DNA from: Vicugna vicugna
Lineage: Eukaryota
Assembly (NCBI GenBank): GCA_013265495.1
Contig: MU058781.1
Coordinates: 8,351,009 to 8,415,008 of the forward strand
Reading direction: 5' to 3'
DNA: 64,000 bases
A program made the position numbers and the translations under genes. Below are positions 36,009 to 49,392 of this stretch, in pieces. Below the pieces are notes generated by a model. The model was not told the origin of the DNA and made no database searches. It worked only from the letters and a program-made list of their open reading frames with translations. How positions within the stretch are numbered: the first letter of the stretch is position 1; every line of letters begins with the position of its first letter.

Positions 36009-38984
36009 CCTGGAAGCTTCCTGCTCCCACGACCCACTCAAGTGCAGTGTTACTGGGAACCTGGGACTTCACCCATTGCTCCCCATAGACATTCCCCAAC
36101 GTGGGGCAAAGGGGACAACAGAATGTCCTGCCCAGCTGTTGTTTTCAAGCCATCGGCCATGTGCCATGCTTATAGATCAGGAATCCAGATGCAGAGCTCA
36201 CCCCCTTTCTAGAAGGAGGCATGGTGATCATGTCTCCAGCCAGCTGGGCCGAGCCTTAGTCCCAGAATGAAAAGCAGGCATGGGAGCGGGAGGTCTGGTG
36301 GGGAGATGGGTCACATTTGGTGAGGGTTTGATTAGAGAGAGAGAGGGCCTGCATGTCCATCAGGATGTCAATAGCCCCATTCTCCAGAAATAAAGCAGCA
36401 GACTCTTACCAAGCGCCCCCATCCCTCCCCCAGCGGGCAGAGAGCCTCTGACATGTACTGCCTGATCTGACTCTAACTGGCTCAGGGCCTGCAGGGAGGC
36501 AGACAGTCATCTCCAGCAGACGGGGTGAGTATGGCTGTGAGTTGGGGACACTGAAAGCAGGAAATTTCCTCCTCCCCCCTGCCCTCTCCCTGTGCTAAGG
36601 GAAAAGTCTAGGATGAGTTTATGCCTCTCCTTTTACTAGCATAACTCAGCAATAATTTAAAAAAAATAAATTTTAGCATTTGTTTTTAGTAACAAATGGA
36701 GAAATACTAGCAGAAAACCAAAAAGCAGAAAATGGAATTCTGCCCATCCAGAGGAGAAGCTGGTACAAAACCTGAGTGACAGATAAACATCTTCAGGACC
36801 TATTTCTATGTCCACAGTAGAGAGACCCGTGGGCCAATGCCTGCATATCATAGCAGCTGAAATCATTTCAGCCCAAATACCTTGAAGAGGAATATGGTCC
36901 ACAGGCATGCTTTAAAATCCTCTTTTTCTTTTCCCTCCCACTGTCCCACACTCAACAGATCACCTTTCGCTTCCCAAAACCCTTCAGAAAACATCCTCTG
37001 AGCCCCAGCCAATGGGCCTTTTCCTCCCAAGTCACATCACAAAAGCCCAGAGGAGTTCACCTGGTGGACAGTCCCTTCTATAGGGAACGAGGGAAAGAAA
37101 GAAACCGACTGGGCAGAGTTAGAAGTCTCCTTTGCAGGTGGGGAGAGGGCAATGCTGAGCTCATATCCTGGTCATCATTTTCTCATCTTTGACGTGCATT
37201 TTAAAAAATGAATGTTTTTCTATATCAATGGCTGTTCTTCTTTGAATGGCTTCATTGTATTCCATTGTACAGATAAACTATAATTTCTTTAACCAAATCA
37301 CTATTTATTTCCAACTTTCCCATAAAGTTGGTGATCAATTTCCTTGTTATTTAAATCTTTACACATATCCTCAATTATTGACTTAGGATAAATATCCAAA
37401 AGTAAGGATTCTGATGCATTAGTTCGGACATTTTTGTCCACATGTGTGGCATGCAGTGGTTTAAATAAGAGTGTATTTATATCTGAGTGAAAGTCAGAGC
37501 TGGTATGGCGATTCAATGATGTTGAGGACCCAGGTTCTTTCTATCTGGTGGCTCTGCCATCCCTAGATGGTCCTCTTGCCCATGTGATCTGTATTCCAGA
37601 CAGCAAGACAAAGAAGGGGGTGGGGACAACAGACCACACTCCTGCCTTTTTAGGGCTCAATCATGAGGTTATACACATCACTTCTGCTCTCATCCTATTG
37701 GCCAGAACTTACTTATGTACCCATTCCTACCTGCAGGAGAAGCTGGGAATATGATCTTTATTCTGAGCAGCCTGGCTAAAACTCCTATTACCATTCTATT
37801 CACTGACCCACTATTCTCATCATCACACACCCATCCCCATACCACCTTGACTCACACACACAGTTCCAGTGTGTCTGAGTTCACATGCGTATCGGTTTAA
37901 GTCCAGATTAACCCATAACGCTATGTGTGCACATAAACACACACACATACACCCAGCACTAGCTGATTATAAGTGTCTTGTTCATGCTTTTAAAAAGCTT
38001 GGCAATAATTACCACCACCTTGGAAAAAACCAAGAGTAAAAAGCCTAAAAAGTTTCCATGAGTTAACTTTTCATAGGAAAGAGGACAAGATTAATTTATT
38101 CTTTATGTTTTATCCTGTTAATCTTTTAAACTGTACAAGTAATACATGTGTGTTAGCAAAGATAATTTTGTTGCAAACCTACAAATCAATTTAGGTTAAC
38201 TTACCCCAAAGGCAAAACAAATAGAAGAAATTGGGTAACCCTAAAATCAAAGTCACTCCTAAATCCTCAAGAAAGAGAAACCAAAGAAGTTCTGGGTCTC
38301 TCTCGACACTGCCAACAGAAGATTCGACGCCAAAAACTATCCATTTCCATGTATCTGCACCAAGATTCAGATTTCAAGAAAGTATATGGTCAACATCAGA
38401 TGATATGTATCTGCTTTTCTGTTGGGTGGGATGGGGAGGTGGGAAATGGAATCACTTGCTCAGAAGGCAGGGCAGTTTCTCAATGGGATGTACACTGATC
38501 AGGACAAAAACAACTGATGTTTGTGACATGTGCTTATATTTTTTAAATAGAAAATACACATACAGAAGGAAAATTTAAATCACCTATATTCCCACCACAG
38601 TTTATATTTTGGTATAAAGCCTTCCAGACATTTCTCTACTCATATATAATTTTTCCTGCCAAAATTGAGTCATACTGTACGTCCTGCATTATAATTTGCT
38701 TTTTTTCCCACATAGAATACCTTGTGAAAACTCTACATAAATCAGCAACAAGATCGAAATGTAATTTTTAATTCAGAGTAAGGAGACTCAAATGAATTGC
38801 AATCAAAGATGGTAACCAGTAAACCAGTAATCAATGTTAGAGTAAAAATTTAGAGTCATGATTTCCAGACTTATAGTCCCACCCATGAACACCTACTACT
38901 AGTATATCTGAATTTCCATCTCTCTGTCTTTATATCTGTCTACCTATATACATACCTATCCATCATCTAGCTAGCTACCTACTT

Positions 38985-39330
38985 TACCAGTCATGATGGA
39001 CTAAGTTATGTTCCAGTAACAAACAACCCTGAAATCTCAGTGGCTTGATAAATATATTTCTTCATCCTAACACATGTCCAATGCAGGCTGGGGAGACTCT
39101 GCTCGTATAGCTACCTGGGAACCAGGGTAATAAAATCTCCATTCAACCCAACCGGGACACAGAATTTGGCAAAGCACACCCTGAATCTCAAAACTTGACC
39201 TGGAAGTGATACGTCTTTTTACTTCCACCCACAATTCATTGGCCAAACCAAATCTCATGGCCAAGCCAACTCCACAGTAGCAATCCTGCTGTGCAGCCCT
39301 ACCATGTCCCCAGAAGAACCTGAATATTTG
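38985..39330 (-). mobile_element. MLT1J-like MaLR LTR
   Basis: agtaacaaacaaccctgaaatctcagtggctt...ggaagtgatacgtc...tcattggccaaa...tcatggcca. Confidence 0.65.
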
Positions 39331-40788
39331 TAAGTAGCAAGTGGCAAAGATGGCACTTTGGGGGTTTTTTTGATTTTATAAATAATTCAGTAGTAGAAAT
39401 TGGGTTGGAATGGAGAATTACCTCTTTCCCCACTGGCAAATCCTTTAAGAGGATCAAATGATTTAACCATATTAGTCAGAGTTTGCATCATAAACCATTT
39501 GCATTTCTATCTCAAACTACATTTTGTCCCTCCCCCTAATCCTCTGTTCATATAATACCAAACAAACCAGAAAGTAAGGACATGGACAGCTGGCACTGGT
39601 AACTTGCACAGAAGATGACTTTGTGGTATGCTAAAAAGCCCTGTGTTATTCATTCTAGGTGGCCTAAAACAAAATGTGAATAGTTTTGATTGTTTAAACT
39701 GCTTTAAGAAGTATCCTGAAGAACTGAATATTAGTATTAGAGTGCTATCATCAGCGATTCAGACCAGAAAACTATCATGAAAATAATACCAATAATATGT
39801 AGCTCTGGAACCAGTTTATTTCAAGTGTTGCCTACTGAATATATTAACTGATTAAATGTTTAAGGTCTTTTTGAAAAAAGTGTTATGTAGATTATGGGCA
39901 AACTACATCTTTGGCCATTGTATAGTGCAGCTAAGGTGTATCAACCTGTTACATTTATTGATGGGTCCCAAGGAACCATGGCCTTGGGGAAGAGACAGAT
40001 GGATGAGGTCATCATCAGAGAGCACCTGAGTCAAGAACAAGTTGGGTACCACTGGAACCAAAGTGTACAGCCATCTGACTTAGGGGGCGGCTGAGATGGA
40101 AGCAGAGGTAGCCTACTGAGTTGTACTAGAAGCCATGGATATCAGGCAGACAGGTTCCAGGGATGACCTCTGATGAGACTAGACACACATGCTCATTTAT
40201 AACGAATCTCATCACCTCACTGGTAAATGTGCACCAGACATGGGAAGAGCAAAAAGAGACAGATGATGGGACATCAGTGACAACAGTTTGCAGCCCTTGG
40301 AAAGGGGAGCTGAGCTGGTGGTGGGCCCAGCAAGGACTTCCTGGGGCTCAGGGGAAGTCTTCCTGGGATGTGGGTGGGAGAGGACTTCTGCTCAATTGTA
40401 GTGGAGGAGGATGTTTCCAGAAAAAAAGCCATAAAGACACAAAAGTTGACCTCAGAGGAGAACTCTTAGCTGGAGGCTGAGGACTGGGCTCTAACTTCCT
40501 GTTCCTATCTTCCGTCCACTGAGCAGATAGGGAGGGTGAAACTGGGCTCCGTCAAATGCACACTCTGTTGCCAGACCTTGACTACTCTGAGCAGAGAGGA
40601 GGAGGTCTCCCTGTCCTAAAAATGGAGGGGACAGGCTGAGAGAAGAGGTATAGACTGGGCAAAATTGGATTCAGAAAAACATTGCCAATCCTGCTACTGT
40701 TCAGTTAGTCCATTCTCCTTTTGGAGTCCAGGACATGTATGTTTTGTAATATAAATGCAATTTTTAATCAAGTCAGCAAGTATTTTTT

Positions 40789-40830
40789 TCAATATAACAA
40801 GCTCAATATAACAAGCTCAATATAACAAGC
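40789..40830 (+). repeat. Perfect 3 x 14-bp tandem repeat (TCAATATAACAAGC)
   Basis: Three identical adjacent units read directly. Confidence 0.95.
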
Positions 40831-41437
40831 AAAATGGTTAAGAGTTCACTATTTTTTAATACATCAAATATACCAGAATTAAATTTTTTGTAATTACGAT
40901 AGTTATATACGCAAATTGAAAAAATTTTTGGAAGAACAGAAAGCTATAAAGAAAATATTTAAAGTAATTGGAAGCTCACTGCCTGGAGATGGCTACTGTT
41001 AATGTTTAATATATTTCCTTTGCATCGTTCTCTCTGCAATTTTTAATAATGTAGATTTGTAAAAACATTTTAAATTATGTTATATATAATACAAATCCTA
41101 TACTTACCAACTTTACTTAAAATGTGAATTTTTTCTATGTATTAAAAAACTCCAACACTATTTTAATGGCTTTATATCATCTGTGGTTCACCAGCACTTA
41201 CTCATTTTCCTATTGTTAGTCATTAAGTTCATTTCCAATATTTCATTATTATAAATTATACTGAAATGTATTTATCAATTCATTTCACTATAATTTATAC
41301 ATATATACTTATTAAATTTAAATGTATTATATCTTAAATGTGAATATATATACATGAGCATAAAACTTTGTCCACATTTTGAATTATGTCATTAAGATAA
41401 ATTCCGAGAAGTGAAATCACTGTCAGAAGACAAACAT

Positions 41438-41956
41438 TGAGGCAGTTTTGAAACATGACCCCAAAATTCTTTGACACTTTTCCTAGGGAGAACTGGGGTC
41501 TGTTCCCCCTCTCCCTGAATCTCAGCAGGTTTGTGACAACTTCAATCAACAGAGGAAGCAGGGCTGATGCTGTGTGGTCTCTGAAATGTGATGGCTGGGG
41601 CACTCGCAGTTGGATCTCTGAGCCGCCATATGAAACACCCGACTACGCCATGGCCGCCATGCTATGAGGAAACCAACCCACTGGAGGCCAAGTAAGACGC
41701 TCCAGGGGCCAGTCCCAGTCTGTGCATCACTCCCATCTAGGCACCAAACTTGTGAGTGATCAAACCTGATGATTCCAGCCCCCAGCTGCTGGGTCACCCC
41801 CAGCCTTCAAGTGTGACCGGCTGAAGCCCCCACACATCATGGATCAGACAGACCATCCCCACTGTTCAAATTCCTGATTCCCAGAATCTGCGAACTCAAT
41901 AAAATGATGTTTTAAGTTTCTGGGTAGTTTTTCACGCAGTGACAGCAACTGGAACA
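41438..41956 (+). mobile_element. MLT1G/H-like solo LTR inserted in an old antisense L1
   Basis: tg...ca ends; ccaaaattctttgacact...aactggaaca; 5-bp flanks aacat/cacat (MaLR-type TSD). Confidence 0.8.
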
Positions 41957-42394
41957 CACATTTTCAGGGTTCTTGACACATCCTGTCAATTTGTTTTCCA
42001 GACAGCCTGTAGCAGTCCGGCCTCCCACCTAAAGTACGTGAGGGCTCCATCACACTGCTATTGATCACACCACCTTCAGAATCCCTCTCTTGCTTCATTT
42101 TCAAATTTTTACTATGGAAAATGAATGTTCACCAAAAATGAGGAAATAGTATGTGAATGACCACATACCTACCATGTAGCTTCAATCATTTCCACTCTTA
42201 TTTCACCTCTCCCCCTTCTACTCCCATATCTTCCTTCTATCGGCAGAGCCGTTGTAGCTCTACAACACTCTTCTTAAACAAAAGTCTATTTGTTGCTGTG
42301 GGCCATTGAAGACCAGGACTTGCCAGAAATAGCTAGATTAAACAATAAACAACAACAGAGTAAGAAAAAAAGATAGGTAAATACATTTTAAATA

Positions 42395-42630
42395 GTTATG
42401 ACTTAGGCACTGTTTTAAACATATCACACACAATCACTCATCTAAGCCTCTTAGGAACTCCAGGAGGTAGGTAAAATTAATTACCATCATCCTATTTTGC
42501 AGATAAAGAAACAGAGGCACAGGAAACTAAGTAACTTGCCAAGTTGGCACAGCTAGTTGGTAAGTGGTAGAGACAGAAATGGAACCCAAGCTGTCTGGCT
42601 CCAAAGCCAATGCTGAGAATTACTCTACTA
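42395..42630 (-). mobile_element. MIR SINE
   Basis: cctattttgcagataaagaaacagaggcacag...aagtaacttgcc...gaacccaagctgtctggctcca. Confidence 0.8.
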
Positions 42631-43830
42631 CATCACTGCTCTTGGGAGCCTAATTTCTGCGGCTGGTTATAGCAAATTAGTTTGTATGGCACCCTCAACT
42701 GATTCTCTAATCCACCATTATCCCAATTACTGGGAAGATACTGGAAGATATTATATGGTGCCATTTGACCAGATGGCTCAAGAAGAAGTATTGCTGGTTT
42801 ATGTGTGGAACCTTGTAAAGAAAACTCCAGGCTAGGAAGAAAAAAGGTAACTATGTTATAACCTAATAAAGTCAGGGCTTCTACTGCAGGTCTTTCTATA
42901 TCAAAAGGAAAGAAAATACAACTTCTGGATTAATATGGTGGAATGACTCTGTATCATCATCTAATTCCAAAGGAAATAACAGAAAAAAAGTAGAAGTGTT
43001 TTCAAAACATTCACCAGCAGCAATGAAACGAGGAAAGGAGCACATTCCAATACGATAAACCTTGAAAAAGTCGTCCTGGAAGGACATGATTCCGGGAGTC
43101 AGGCAGGGCAGCATTCTGGTAGGGCTGCCAAGCCCAATTCCTTGTGTCGTAAGTCATAAAATCCTAAGCATTCTCATCAGTACTCCAAATCCGCAAAGAG
43201 CCAATCTGTGGGTTTATCCTTATCTTTTCTGTTTTCTGACTGCAGGGAATGGAGATGGCTGCTGAGGGGAAATTGGGTGAAACAGCCACTTGGAATAACA
43301 CGGATGGGAAAATTCCAAATTGGAGAAGTGAGCCAAAGCCCATGGAAATGCAGAACACCAGGTCGATTGAACTCTGGCGAGACACACAAAGCTCAAGGTT
43401 TCTAAGAATACACCAGCCTCGGCGGAGCCCCCCACCACGCCCAGAGCGCGCAGAAAAACCGGAAACACTGAGCCCGCCAATTACAGCACGACGGGGAAAC
43501 AAACCGGTCCAGATGAGGTGGGAAGGCAGTCACGAAGTCGCCCACACTCCGTCAGAGCAAACAGGGGGTTTGACACAGCTGCCCGAACTTGAGCGAGATG
43601 AAAAGAATCAGCCCTGGCAAGGAGGCACTGGTGCCTGCAGGGCTGGGGGTGGAAGGAACAGAGGTGAACAAAAGACACACACACACACCGCAGCCTGCAT
43701 GGAAATTCAGCTCCAGGGGGAGGAAGACTTGTCCTTACCCGGGTGTCGAGGACAAGGCAGAGCCACGGCGTCATCTCGGCCTTGGAGAGACCACCGTAGA
43801 GACGAGGGGTTTAGAAGAAGGAGACTCAAG

Positions 43831-43907
43831 AGGGAGGGTATAGTTCAAGTGGTAGAGCGCATGCTTAGCATGTATGAGGTCCTGGGTTCAATACCCAGTA
43901 CCTCCAT

Positions 43908-43938
<31 letters not shown>

Positions 43939-43972
43939 AAACTTAATTACCTTCCCCCACCAAAAAAAAAAA
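43831..43972 (+). mobile_element. tRNA-Ala-derived SINE (Vic-1-like, long form with (TAAA)n and 3' extension)
   Basis: gggagggtatagttcaagtggtagagcgcatgcttagcatgtatgaggtcctgggttcaatacccagtacctcca, then (taaa)n, cttaattaccttccccc and polyA. Confidence 0.92.
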
Positions 43973-44124
43973 GAAGACGGGGAACCAAGATACAATCCAC
44001 ACAAGACAGCTTCTCAAGGCCCAGCCGGCAAGTTTCTAGACCTTATTCCTTCGTGCGATTCAAGGAAATGAGCCAGCTCCAGCTTTAGGACTCTTGCCGA
44101 ACCTTCCAGAAAAAAAAAAATACA

Positions 44125-44310
44125 GCTATTTGAGTACCACGGTGTAGTAGGTCCTAAGCTCTTTTCCTGTATCAAATCATTGACTCTTTACTGTAAGCCT
44201 ATGAGATACACTATTATCATCATCCCATTTTACAGATAAAGAAACTTTACCCGTAGGCACACAGCTGGTGAGGCAGTCTGGATCCAAAGTCCATCCTTTT
44301 ATCCATTACA
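44125..44310 (-). mobile_element. MIR SINE
   Basis: cctatgag...ctattatcatcatcccattttacagataaagaaact...gcagtctggatccaaagtcc. Confidence 0.75.
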
Positions 44311-46044
44311 CTCCGCTGGCTCTCCTTTACTCAAAAAACGAACAAACAAAAATTTCATCTTCCGCTAGAGCCAGAGGAACCCGTTGGGTTTACTGGGTGG
44401 GCAGGAGGACTAACCGCAGCCTGCCCCACTTGGGAGAAGTTAAGAGTTTTCTTTGATTCTCTCTCCAGTCCCATCCCCGGAAAGTAGCTGAAGGAGGAAA
44501 GCGTGAGCCGTCTGATTGGTTACCCTTGCTTTTGCTTGAGAACCTTATTTCACGTGTAAATAACCAGCTGAAATTAATCTGATCTCTCTTAAGTGCTGAG
44601 ATCTTTCTCCCAGGTAAATGCAAATCCCTTCACCAACAGGTTTGTTCACCCAGGCTGTAGACTACACCCATACATAAAACACCCACACAGGCACACACAC
44701 AGCTTGCAGCAGTGTTTTAACACAGACGTAATTATGACTCACAAAGAACCACGGCTGGAGCGGAAGGCACTCAACCAGAAGTTACGTAAGCATGGATGAC
44801 ACCCACTTTCTACTAGCGTGGTACTAACATGCTGCATAGTGGGCTGGAGATTAAATTAACAGAAGGCGGAAGAGGCCATTGACTGTAATGAATTCTTGAA
44901 GGAGGAGGATCTCTCTTGGAATCGCTAGTCCACTGTGGGGGGTGTAATATTCCACCAATTAACAATAAACTCAGTGATAAGCCCAACTTTTGCTTCCAGA
45001 GAGGCATTTGACCTGCAAACCAGTGACTCTCAAAGCTTTCCCTCTGACTCAATATCTTGTGTTCTAGAGTTGATTACCCTTAAATAATTCCCACCTGTGA
45101 ATGATGATGGACTTTTTTTTTTTGACAACTCCCAGAAAGCACCTAAATGGTATGAAACTTCTCAAATCAAGACTGGGAGAGAGGGACAAAGCCAGGATTC
45201 TCAGCTCAGAATCATGAGGGACACATGAAATGCCACCAGCATGCAGGGCAGCAAAAGCATTTTGCCTAAATGTTGTACCCTCCTGTCTTATTTAACCCTC
45301 TCTGTCTTATTTGCTCCTTGATCTTTAAAATTTTTGATGTATGAGTGTATGGAACGTTTGTGAGGTTAGCAGGGGTAGAAGAAGTTGACTATGGTCCTAC
45401 CTCCAACCTGATCTGTTCTTTATAAATATCATTATTGCTGACTCTGTGGTACACCCACCTGTTGGCACATGTAAAGGTGTTCACTGCAAAGATAAGGAGG
45501 TGGAGCGTGCAGGTGACCTCATGTGGAGGATAGTGGCTGAAAGCAGTATTGGCACAGGTCAAACTTCCTCCTCAAGTGATACAGGCTTGGTGTAGGAAGT
45601 GATCTCACACCCAGGGAGGCTCTGGGACCATCCCTGCGGCGATCATGAGTGTTTAGATTCAATCTAGAACACGCCAGTGAGAACTACTACTTATATATCG
45701 TGGGTATACAAGTACTTTCAGTGGCACTTGTTTAGGGGACAAGGTGGGAGTACATTAGTGGAAGAATCACGAAGAGTGAAAAGAGGGGGGAAAAAAAAGA
45801 CTAGTGAGAAACAATTTCACAGAAGCCAAGAAAGCAGGGAGTTTCAAGAAGAGAGAGGAGAGTTAAAAGTGTCCAAATATTGAGCAACTTGAAACTTTTA
45901 CTCCTTGAAATAAAAAGTCCTTCTGGATCCTACATCTCTCCCTCATACTCTTCCCCATCTACTGTCCAACCACATTCTTCCTCAAGAGAAGTCCCCTGTC
46001 CTTTTCTCACTGTCAACCTTGCACTGAGTAATTCCACCTACTTC

Positions 46045-46480
46045 TGTAACTGAGCAGGACCCTGTGGAACTTTTCCAGGACAGACCCCCTCCCCTATATC
46101 CTCTGCTTTAGCTCCTCTCTGAGATACCTAGATAATAGCATCGAATGCACATTTCCTGAGTTGTTTTATAGATGCTAAACCCCCACCAAATGGAGGAAAT
46201 TAACTACCTGATTACCATGAGCATGGAGCCCCCAGACCAACTGATAATATTACCCTGTGCCAGAGCTGATCACAAACCCTGGGACCTTCTTCCACACCTG
46301 GCCTTTAAAAATGCTTTGCTGAAACCTCTCAGGGAGTTCAGGCTTTTTTAGCACTAGTCGTCTGGGACTCTTTGTTTAGCGCCCTGCACTAAACACTGCA
46401 CGTTCCTTCACCACAACCCGGTGTCAGTAGACTGGCAATACTGCCGGTGGGCGAGCAGACCCTAGTTTGGTTTGATAACA
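46045..46480 (+). mobile_element. ERV1-class solo LTR, 436 bp
   Basis: tgtaac...ataaca termini, perfect 4-bp TSD CTTC (46041-46044 / 46481-46484), TATA-like tttaaaa. Confidence 0.85.
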
Positions 46481-46989
46481 CTTCCATTGTTTCAGCCAAG
46501 TCTTGCCTACATGCTCAGGATGCCTAAGTCTATTCCTTGTGTCCAGACCTCTCCCTGAAGTTTAGGTTTATTTCTTCAACTACTTGTTAAGCAATTTCAC
46601 CTGAATGTCCCACAGATTCAACTGAACTCTTTTATTCTTCCCCCATTAGTCTAAGACTTTCAGCTGGACCATTAACTAACACTGAAGCTGGAATCCCGTG
46701 AGTCATCTCTGGTAACTCCTCCTCCAGCCCTGAGTTCTAATCCCTAAGATTTACCACTTTTGGCTTCTAAGCATTTCTTAAATTCATCACCCCTTCTCCA
46801 GCCTGAATTCCTGCTACCTCGTCTCTCTCCTCCACTATCACTGTGGTCTCCTACCATCAGTCTCCCCTTCTCTGGTCCTGCCTCCCTCAAATCCATCCTT
46901 CCCACATTCTCAGACTCACCTGATTACAAAGCTCAGCATTTCACTCTCCCGTTGAAAATTTTGATTTGCTGCCCATCATCCGTGGACAC

Positions 46990-47566
46990 GATGGAAACAA
47001 CCTAAGTGTCCATTGATAGATGAATGAATAAAGAAGATGCAGTATAAACGTACAATGGAATATTATTCCGCCATAAGCAAGAAGGAAATCTTGCCATTTG
47101 CTACAACAAGGATGAACCTTGAGGGTATGATGCTAGGTGAAGTAAGTCAGAGAAAGACAAATATCATATGATCTTTCTTATATGTGGAATCAAAAAAAAA
47201 AAAAAAGCTCTCAATTCAGAGAATAGATTGGTGGTTACCAGAGGCAGGAAATGGGTGTGGGTGAAATGCATGAAGGTTGTCAAAGGTACAAACTTTCAGT
47301 TATAAAGTAAATAAGTCATGGGGGTATAAGGTACAGCATGGTGACTACAGTTAATAATACTGTATTATATATTTGAAACTTGCCAAGAGAGTAGATCTTA
47401 AAAGTTATCCTCACAAGAAAATAAGTTTTTGTAACTATATATGGTGACCAATGTTAACGAGACATTCTGGGGAGCATTTTGCAAAATATACAAACATCAA
47501 ATCATTACATTGTATACTTGAAACTAACATGATGTTATATGTCTATTATATCTCAGTTAAAAAAAA
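46990..47566 (+). mobile_element. L1MA9-like L1 3' end inserted into an L2
   Basis: atggaaacaacctaagtgtccattgatagatgaatg...agttataaagtaaataagtcatggg...gagagtagatcttaaaag...tatctcagttaaaaaaaa; L2 sequence on both sides. Confidence 0.9.
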
Positions 47567-48034
47567 CCCTGCTCATTTTCTGCTCATCATCCTTTGGATA
47601 AAGCCTACATGGGCCCTCCATTATACAGCCCCTGCCCCACTGAGAAGGGCATCACCTCGCCTCAATGCCCTCTTCCCTAAACTCCAACAACAGTAAATTT
47701 CATGAGGTTCCAATTACACTCAATGCTACTCAGCCCTCTATTTCTCTGCTCATACCTTCTCCCTAAATCCACCTCAGCCTGACCATCTCACACTCATACA
47801 CTAAGGCTCATCTCCACTTTCTACAAAAAGCTCATCTGATCCTTCCGGACTAGTTTTCCTCCCAATACCTTGTACATTTTTTAGTTCATGCAATAAAACA
47901 CTCAGAGCAGTGCCTAACAGTAGCCTAGAGCTGTAACTCCAGTGTACGCCTCCCAGCTACACCATCAGACCCCATATGGTATAAGTGCCTGTTCTTCTTT
48001 CTGTTAGATACTGAGCTCCTTGAGGACTTGCAGG

Positions 48035-48290
48035 ATACCTTTCATTTGGCCATCCAGATCCACTCTACCCTTCTCCTTCCTGCTCTGCTCAAGGAGCCTC
48101 ATGTATAGACACATCAGTTGGCTTCCTCCTCTGCTGACTTCTAGTTGGCTTGGAAGGGGCACAGCAGGATGAGGAGAACGAGGTCGGGATATTAATTCTC
48201 CAGCTCCCTCCTTGCTAGGTTGCCATTGGCTGACTGTGCCCTTGACTGAAAGCCACAGTCGGGCAGGAAGCATCTCTGCATAGCTTGCTG
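48035..48290 (+). mobile_element. ERVL LTR fragment (LTR40/41-like)
   Basis: ccagatccactctacccttctcc...gaggtcgggatattaattctccagctccctcc. Confidence 0.5.
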
Positions 48291-49364
48291 GTACTTCTCC
48301 TTCACCTCCTGTGTTCCAGTGGCTCTAGCAGAGCACTTGGCATACAGTAGGCGCTCAGTAATGATGGAACAAATAAACGTGTCACCCTGCTGCAGTTTCC
48401 CCGGGGACACCCACAACTCTGAGTTAACAGAAAGTGGGGGCAGCTAGTGAACTCATTGAAGTTCGGTTCAAGGGGGAATAGAGGGAGATGCTTTCAAAAG
48501 TCAAGGTAGGGGATTAGTCTCAACAGGGGGACTGTACTCAGGGCTTGAGGAAAGAGGGGAGGGTCTGAATCTTCCTGGTAAATTTAGGAGACTGGAAGTG
48601 CCCATTTAGACCATGAAGAAGGTTGAAACAATTGATGTGAGAAATGAGATATGGAAGATGTAGAAAAAGGAACTGTCAATTAGCAGAGAAAGCTGAGTCG
48701 ACGTCAGTATTTGCTTGTATCTGCACGTATCTATAGTACAGCGGGGCAGCAAGTCTTTGACTTGGGTGCAGGAATAGAATTCAAATAAACACCGTGTGGA
48801 GCCAGGCACCGTGGCAGGATCTGGAGACACAATAATGAATGAGACACAATTTCTATCCTCGAAAAGTCTGCAGTAGAAAGAGGAAGACGAACACACAAAC
48901 AGATCATTTCAAAAGTCAGTCGTGTGAAGGGCAGCCTAAATTTGAAGTAAGTGCAGCGAGCAGAGGAGGTCAAAGGGGTAGAAACAAGACCCATACAGCC
49001 AACGCCAGACCCCGAGTCCAAACACCACAGCCTGCTTGGAAAACTGTTGTTTTTTTAATAATTAGTTTTAATCACAAAAGCTATGATTAAAACATGTCTA
49101 TAAATAATTCAAAGAAACCAAAAGAGGTTTTCAGAGTAAAAATAGAAAGTCTGCTTTCTCCTCGCTATCAATCCCCCTCCATTCCTGGAGGTAAATGCTG
49201 CTAACAGCTGGGCAGGCTTCCCAAAGTTTCTTCTATGTGTGATAGAATAATATGCTGGTATATTAATCAGTGTGATTTTTGTCTTTGATACTTGTTAGTT
49301 CTGTGTCTGAAAATTTTTTTTTTGGTAATTCTTGTTTATTTGATGACTCTTAGTCATACTCCCT

Positions 49365-49392
49365 ACACACACACACACACACACACACACAC
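49365..49392 (+). repeat. (AC)14 microsatellite
   Basis: Direct read. Confidence 0.95.
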
